Of a DNA stretch of 64,000 nt, positions 58,504 through 64,000 are shown in pieces; the first letter of the stretch is position 1, and each line of letters starts with the position of its first letter. The stretch is from a virus. The stretch is taken from the IMG/VR virus record IMGVR_UViG_3300023208_000003, positions 96,001 to 160,000 of that record; one strand, 5' to 3'. A program made the position numbers and the translations under genes. The notes below the pieces were generated by a model, which did not search any database, was not told where the DNA came from, and saw only the letters and a list, made by a program, of their open reading frames with translations.

Positions 58504-58788
58504 ATGAACACTGATATGGCTGGGCCTGACGCTAGAATTGAAATCATTGACGACATTTCACTTACTCTGAGACTTCGTCATGATTTCATTTATGAAAGTC
58601 GTTTTACGCCTACTTCAGTTCACTTAGACGTTTGTAGAAATAACCAAACGGTAACACTCTATTTACAACTTATGCCTAATTATGAAATTTTAATTTCATT
58701 TGAAGGCATTTTTTACCAAACCGTTACAACAGATGAAGCGCTTTCGTTAATTGAAATGTTGATTGAGGAACATAATGGAACTTTTTAA
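58504..58788 (+). CDS. hypothetical protein
   Basis: 94 aa from ATG 58504, downstream of promoter. Confidence 0.55.
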   Translation: MNTDMAGPDARIEIIDDISLTLRLRHDFIYESRFTPTSVHLDVCRNNQTVTLYLQLMPNYEILISFEGIFYQTVTTDEALSLIEMLIEEHNGTF

Positions 58789-59956
58789 CAAGCTCTACAT
58801 TGCTCTCACCTCGAGCTCAATTGCGCATAACATGCGTTCTATTCGTGAAAACAGCCCGTATCATCGTGAGGAAAATGTGTGGAAGCACACGTTGATGACA
58901 CTTGACTCATACTGCGTAAACATTGGGCCGCACCGCACCCAACGGATGGAGCTTATCACGATGACAGCTCTGCTTTTTCATGATGCTGGAAAGCCGCTGT
59001 CACGTCAAGAAAAGTACAGTGACAGCCGTGGCAACTATCAAACTTTTGGTGGTCATGAACCTGTTTCAGCTCGAGTGTTTGAAGATTTCATGATGACAAA
59101 CCCCGAACTTATGGCTGAACTTCGCTTTGACAGCAATGAGTGGCGTTTGATTAAGTGGTTGATTGAAAATCATCTTCCGTACGACATTAAGGATAACCAA
59201 AAGTGTCGCGCTTTGATAACTGATTGTCATTCACACGGTCTGGGAGCGTTGCAAATGTTCTTAGATGTTTTGCGCTCTGACGCAAGAGGCCGCATCTCTG
59301 ATGATCATGAAGCGAAGCTCTCAAAGGTCGAGCAATGGATTGCCGAGTTTGTTACTTTGGAACCTTTGTCTTACAGAATAGTTGAGCAACCGCAGCCGGC
59401 AAATCATAAGATTGCTACATTTTTGATTGGTCCTTCTGGTGCTGGTAAGTCCACGTATGCCCGTCAATTGGCTACTAATGCCAAGATTTTTTCACTCGAT
59501 GAGCTTCGCTTGGAGTTTTACTTTACGTCAGGTTTTAAGACATCAAATAATTCTAAGCGTGATTACGCACTCGCTTGGAAGTATTGCACAATGGAAAAGT
59601 CAAAAGAATTTGACCAGTTTTGGAGAGCTCGTTTTATTGGATTAATGAACGCTGGTCACGATTTGGTTATTGACAACGTGAACTCGACCAGAAAGTCTCG
59701 CGCGTTCTATGTTGCAGAGCTTCGCAAGCGCAATTATTTCATTGTTTCAATGGAATTTCCGATTGCGCTTTCTACGGTAATTGAGCGTCAATTGTTGCGT
59801 GATGATAAGGAAGTACCAGTTGAGAGTGTAACGCAGCAATACTACGCTATTAGTCAGCCGCGAGTTGGAAGCGAGGTTGATGAAGCGTACGTAATATTTG
59901 ATGGAAACTTTCAAAAATCTGCTGCTAAGCACTACAAAGTAGTGTACAACAGCTGA
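58775..59956 (+). CDS. HD-domain plus P-loop kinase (AAA_33/Pnk-like) fusion
   Basis: YHRE..VW.HT; LFHDAGKP; H..VSA; GPSGAGKST; VIDN.N.T...R. Confidence 0.78.
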   Translation: MELFNKLYIALTSSSIAHNMRSIRENSPYHREENVWKHTLMTLDSYCVNIGPHRTQRMELITMTALLFHDAGKPLSRQEKYSDSRGNYQTFGGHEPVSARVFEDFMMTNPELMAELRFDSNEWRLIKWLIENHLPYDIKDNQKCRALITDCHSHGLGALQMFLDVLRSDARGRISDDHEAKLSKVEQWIAEFVTLEPLSYRIVEQPQPANHKIATFLIGPSGAGKSTYARQLATNAKIFSLDELRLEFYFTSGFKTSNNSKRDYALAWKYCTMEKSKEFDQFWRARFIGLMNAGHDLVIDNVNSTRKSRAFYVAELRKRNYFIVSMEFPIALSTVIERQLLRDDKEVPVESVTQQYYAISQPRVGSEVDEAYVIFDGNFQKSAAKHYKVVYNS

Positions 59957-60176
59957 TTTCTTGTTATAATAACACTTACCCGCTGATAAGGGAACCTATT
60001 ATAGGTTCCCTTCCTCTTTTGTCTAAGACTTCCCCTTGTTGATATGCCCAATTTATTTGGGCTTTTGTTGCCGTTGTCCTACAAAAACTGTTGACAGTCT
60101 ATAAATAACATTGTCACCTGCCAAACAGGTGTCATTTGTACGTTTATTTGTTTATTTTGTTTAGGAGAATATTATC

Positions 60177-61073
60177 ATGGCATCAGAACGTTTTACCCGT
60201 TTAACTGGAAATTACAACAAATCTGCTAATTCCGAATCACCATACAAAAAGTTTTTTCCATTCTGGAAAATGGAAGATGACACAACTACAGTTGTTCGTT
60301 TTCTTCCTGATCGCAACGAAAGCAATCCATTAGGTTTTCTAGTAGAAAATCTTCAACATGAGCTCACCATCAACGGTGAAAGAAAGCGCGTTCCTTGTTT
60401 GTCAATGTATGGCGAAAAATGTCCTATTTGTGAACTCTCTCGTAAGTATTACAATGAGAAAAACGAAGATCTTGGTTACAAGTACTATAAGAAAAAGTCC
60501 TATATCGGACAAGTCATCGTAGTTGAATCTCCAATTGAGACTAACGATTCTGACCTAGTAAAGCTTATTGAATTTGGCCCAAAGATTTTCAAAGCAATTC
60601 AAGCTGGATTTAAATCTGGTGATCTTGAAGAAAGTCCAGATGATATGAAAGCTGGTTACAATTTTCGCATCAAGAAGACAAAGTCTGGTAAGTGGTCAGA
60701 TTACGGAACTTCAACATTTTCACCAAAGCAAACTCCTCTTGACGACTCTCTTATTGAGAGTTTAACTCGATATGATCTATCTGAATATCGTACACCGTAC
60801 ATGGATTATGATACTGTTGCAAACATGCTTCTCGCTGATCAAACTGGCGCAAGTTATGAAGGCGATACAGATTCTGGTCATGAAATTCCTGATGATTCAA
60901 GTACGACATCAAGTTTAAAAACTGAAACTACAGAATCTTCTGCTCCGTCACAATTTAATGCTTCTGAATCAAATGATGATAAATTTGATTCAGCTGAAAA
61001 TAATACAAGCAAAGCTTCAGCTGTTCTTGAAAGATTAAAGAACCGCAAGGCAGCACGTCAGACAGCCGAGTAA
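60177..61073 (+). CDS. gp32: single-stranded DNA-binding protein (T4 gp32-like)
   Basis: VRFLP, PC...YGE.CP.C zinc site, GYNF.IKK..SG.W.DY..S.F, acidic tail. Confidence 0.85.
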   Translation: MASERFTRLTGNYNKSANSESPYKKFFPFWKMEDDTTTVVRFLPDRNESNPLGFLVENLQHELTINGERKRVPCLSMYGEKCPICELSRKYYNEKNEDLGYKYYKKKSYIGQVIVVESPIETNDSDLVKLIEFGPKIFKAIQAGFKSGDLEESPDDMKAGYNFRIKKTKSGKWSDYGTSTFSPKQTPLDDSLIESLTRYDLSEYRTPYMDYDTVANMLLADQTGASYEGDTDSGHEIPDDSSTTSSLKTETTESSAPSQFNASESNDDKFDSAENNTSKASAVLERLKNRKAARQTAE

Positions 61074-61087
61074 AAACTTAGGAATTA

Positions 61088-61116
61088 AAAGGCAAAGCAT
61101 TTAATGCTTTGCCTTT
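61088..61116 (+). terminator. hairpin between gp32 and uvsX (terminator or RNA-processing stem)
   Basis: AAAGGCAAAGCAT-TTA-ATGCTTTGCCTTT; weak U tail. Confidence 0.55.
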
Positions 61117-61126
61117 GGAGCTTGTT

Positions 61127-62194
61127 ATGTTACCATTTTTGAATAAATTTAAAAAGACGATTGATAAACTAGAAACAGTTTATACGTCATTCGGACCGCC
61201 TGATTTTTGGTATAATACCGGAAATTACGCGATTAATAAAATTATGTCTGGTTCTTTTACCAAAGGCATTCCACAAGGTAGAATTACATGTTTAGCTGGT
61301 CCATCTGGTGCCGGTAAATCATTTTTACTTTGTAACATTTTACGAGATGCTCAGAAGCAAGGAGCATTTGTTTTAGTTCTTGATTCCGAAAATGCTCTTG
61401 ATGATAACTTTATGTCAGCTATCGGAATTGATACATCACCTGATAAGCTCATGTACGTTGGCGTAACGCTATTCTCTGATGTTGTTTCTGTAATTTCAGA
61501 TTTTATTCAGAGTTATGAAAAGGAATACGGCAAGGATAATCCTAACTCGCCTAAAGTTGTAATAGCACTTGATTCACTTGATATGCTTTTGACAGATTCT
61601 GAAGTTTCTCACTTTGAATCAGGCGTTCAAAAAGGCGATCAAGGACAGCGAGCCAAGCAGTCAAAGCACATGCTTAGAACTGCTGTTTCACGAATAAAGC
61701 GATTGCCGATGGCAATGATTGTTACACATCAAGTTTACGCAAACTCTGATTTGCTAAACGGTGAAGGTAATTGGATTATCAATAATGCAATTCGTTACTC
61801 TGTTTCTCAAATCCTGCTTATCACGAAGCTTAAATTAAGAGAGGCCGGCGAAGTTCTTGGTATTCGCATGAGAGTAGAATGTTTTAAATCACGCTTTGCA
61901 AAACTTGGTAGTCGAGTTGAAGTCGATGTTCCGTACACAAAGGGAATGAGTCCTTATTCTGGATTTCTTGATCTTATGGAAGCAGCTGGGATTGTAACTT
62001 CTGCAGGTGCCTGGAAAACATTAGTTATGCCTGATGAACAAATCAAGTTTCAATCAAAACAGCTAAATGAAGAGTTGGTCTCAAAAATGTTGAGTCACCC
62101 AAAAATAACCGGTGAAGAAATAGCCATAACAACACTCATAGACTCAATGTCAGAAGACCCTGAACAAGAACTACAAACGGAGGCAATCCAATGA
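61127..62194 (+). CDS. uvsX: RecA-like recombinase (UvsX)
   Basis: TGNYAINKIMSG, AGPSGAGKS, LDSENA, IALDSL, GN...N..RYS.S, KSRF. Confidence 0.92.
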   Translation: MLPFLNKFKKTIDKLETVYTSFGPPDFWYNTGNYAINKIMSGSFTKGIPQGRITCLAGPSGAGKSFLLCNILRDAQKQGAFVLVLDSENALDDNFMSAIGIDTSPDKLMYVGVTLFSDVVSVISDFIQSYEKEYGKDNPNSPKVVIALDSLDMLLTDSEVSHFESGVQKGDQGQRAKQSKHMLRTAVSRIKRLPMAMIVTHQVYANSDLLNGEGNWIINNAIRYSVSQILLITKLKLREAGEVLGIRMRVECFKSRFAKLGSRVEVDVPYTKGMSPYSGFLDLMEAAGIVTSAGAWKTLVMPDEQIKFQSKQLNEELVSKMLSHPKITGEEIAITTLIDSMSEDPEQELQTEAIQ

Positions 62195-62397
62195 AACGAA
62201 AGGACCTTGATTTTTACAATGTTGAAGTTGTAATTGAAATTGTAAACGGCGGTTTTATTTTAAACTACCCAACTTTTGAAAATGCTGGAAATGCAGATGA
62301 ATTATCTAGCGTTGGACAACGTCGTGAAGTTTTTCACACCCGCGCCAAATTAAATAAAAAGTTAAAAGAAGTAGTCGATAATCTAACTGAAAAATAA
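62191..62397 (+). CDS. hypothetical protein
   Basis: 68 aa, ATGA-coupled, GGAGG RBS. Confidence 0.6.
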   Translation: MKRKDLDFYNVEVVIEIVNGGFILNYPTFENAGNADELSSVGQRREVFHTRAKLNKKLKEVVDNLTEK

Positions 62398-62445
62398 TTC
62401 TAACTTGGAAGCTCGTAAAGAGCTTCATTTTACGTGGAGCTTTTT

Positions 62446-62712
62446 ATGAGCTTGCTTTTTGATACTAGTGCAATCGAAAAGTTACAAGAAACAGGAATTA
62501 AAAAATTCCGAATAGAAATTAATAATAACGATGAATTTAGTATTGTTCAAATTGATGAAGTTGAATTGCCGGATATTGCTGACGCTATTGTAGAAATTCA
62601 AGACATTTTAGTGTATATTGATTTTATAAGCTACACCATTCTCGTAGAAAGCGTTGTTAAATTCGATACTACGTTAGATACTTTTATTGTTGATTCTCAA
62701 TATGTTTCATGA
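62446..62712 (+). CDS. hypothetical acidic protein
   Basis: GGAG RBS, ATG 62446. Confidence 0.5.
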   Translation: MSLLFDTSAIEKLQETGIKKFRIEINNNDEFSIVQIDEVELPDIADAIVEIQDILVYIDFISYTILVESVVKFDTTLDTFIVDSQYVS

Positions 62713-63154
62713 TATCATAAAAAATAATGAATTACTAGTTCATAAAATACTTGATTATTCAGATAAAATTGATGAGGCGGCGCCTATCTTTGATATTGAG
62801 GGTAAGCGAATTGAAACGCTACACCGTGAGTTACCTAGTAACTTAGTTCGTTATCGTCAAATAGCTGATGAGTTAAAAACTCTAGAACAATTTCTCCTTA
62901 TTAAAAAGGAAAAAGCTGAGTCTGACGCGTATCGTAAGTTTAAAGAAGGTTCAAACAGAGCCCTTCAACCATCAGATATCAAGGCCTATGTACCTGGCGA
63001 TAAGGATGTTATAAGTTGGGCTGAACTTGGACTAGAGGTTACTCTTCTTAGAAGAAAAGCTGAATCAATTGTTGCCGCTCTAGAAACTTGGAGTTGGCGA
63101 ATTAGCGACATAACAAAATTAAGAATTGCAGAATTGCAAGACGTTATCCTGTGA
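62702..63154 (+). CDS. uvsY: recombination mediator (UvsY-like)
   Basis: Helical protein between uvsX and helicase; K..YV.GD.DV, L.T.SWRI.DI..LR. Confidence 0.65.
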   Translation: MFHDIIKNNELLVHKILDYSDKIDEAAPIFDIEGKRIETLHRELPSNLVRYRQIADELKTLEQFLLIKKEKAESDAYRKFKEGSNRALQPSDIKAYVPGDKDVISWAELGLEVTLLRRKAESIVAALETWSWRISDITKLRIAELQDVIL

Positions 63155-64000
63155 TAAAGTGTTACATTACAGTTAAAGATGAAGTTTGGTGTATTATCTC
63201 TGGGTTAAAACCGTCACACGCTGAGGTCCTCTGGGATAAGTTGGGGCCTCACAAAGATGGTTACTTTTGGAGCCCACAATATAAGCTTGGACGCTGGGAT
63301 GGTAGAATCAGATTTTTTAACAAACAAACTGGTAAAACTTACTATCGACTATTAACTACCATTGTTCCAATGTTGGCAGCTTGGGACTATGATATTGAGT
63401 TAAGAGATGAACGAAAACCAATTGAAAATATTCCAGCTTTAGTTTGTGAAAACTTCTTTGCAAATGAAAAGATAAAACTTAGACCTTATCAAGTAGAAGC
63501 TGTTAATCTTGCCATTGATGCAACCTCAGGATTTATTATTGCTGGAACTGGAGCTGGTAAATCACTTATTTGCGCTGCGCTTTGTGACACTTATGGTCGC
63601 TCAGGGTACAGAACAATAACAGTAGTTCCATCAGCTGATTTAGTACGACAAACAGCTGATTGGTATGAAATCTGCGGGCTAGATGTTGGCATTTATTGTG
63701 GTGATAAAAAAGAAATTGATCACCAGCATGTAGTGGGCACGTGGCAAGCACTTCAAAACAACCCTCATTTGTTAAGTTTTTTTCAATGTTTTGTTTGGGA
63801 CGAAGTACACGGCGCCGCCGCTAATGTAGCTCAAAAGTTAATGAATGAAAATGGAGTTCATATTCCATTTAGATATGGAGTAACTGGAACATTTCCAAAA
63901 CCTGAAGTTGATAAGCTTTCACTTTATTCTTCAATTGGAGATATTTTAACTGAAATACCAGCTAGTTGGTTAATTGAAAATGGTTATCTAGCTGAAGTTG
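63151..64000 (+). CDS. uvsW: SF2 DNA helicase (UvsW-like), runs off window end
   Basis: GTG 63151. Y..SP.YKLG.WDG.IRFF, LRPYQ.EAV, AGTGAGKS, WDEVH, G.TGT. Absent from the ORF track because the stop lies outside the window. Confidence 0.88.
   Translation, partial: MIKCYITVKDEVWCIISGLKPSHAEVLWDKLGPHKDGYFWSPQYKLGRWDGRIRFFNKQTGKTYYRLLTTIVPMLAAWDYDIELRDERKPIENIPALVCENFFANEKIKLRPYQVEAVNLAIDATSGFIIAGTGAGKSLICAALCDTYGRSGYRTITVVPSADLVRQTADWYEICGLDVGIYCGDKKEIDHQHVVGTWQALQNNPHLLSFFQCFVWDEVHGAAANVAQKLMNENGVHIPFRYGVTGTFPKPEVDKLSLYSSIGDILTEIPASWLIENGYLAEV

Noticed and set aside
62408-62426. Hairpin GAAGCTC-GTAAA-GAGCTTC as a terminator
   Set aside because: The stem is present but the U-tract is weak and the downstream genes appear co-transcribed, so it was not called.
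1-64000. Assignment to a named phage genus or host
   Set aside because: The gene set is T4-like with jumbo-phage features, but identity cannot be established without alignments.

Overview
A 64-kb, AT-rich segment of a large T4-like (jumbo-type) myophage genome. It carries the virion morphogenesis core: baseplate hub genes, tape-measure-like protein, portal gp20, protease gp21, scaffold gp22, major capsid gp23, neck gp13/gp14, tail terminator gp15, sheath gp18, head completion gp4, tube gp19, terS and terL. It also carries recombination/replication genes (gp47/gp46, resolvase, gp32, uvsX, uvsY, uvsW), four endonuclease genes, a tandem-AAA/VWA pair and a small host-like cluster (LpxH-like phosphoesterase, GT4, SCO). 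Three things stand out. (1) About 26 paralogues of one uncharacterised family are interleaved with the core genes. They share a C-terminal module (D.LECK.ELIE.G...YAKL*) and degenerate leucine-rich repeats, and most have an N-terminus resembling the T4 internal-protein capsid-targeting peptide. They are chained by a dual-coded 14-nt junction or ATGA overlaps, and two copies are frameshifted at simple repeats. (2) A 1.1-kb ORF-free, hairpin-dense region (9586-10706) looks like a large structured ncRNA. (3) terL is fractured by an atypically split intein (28-aa IntN, 116-aa IntC) with a free-standing HNH gene between the halves. All calls come from reading the sequence and motifs; no database search or folding program was run.
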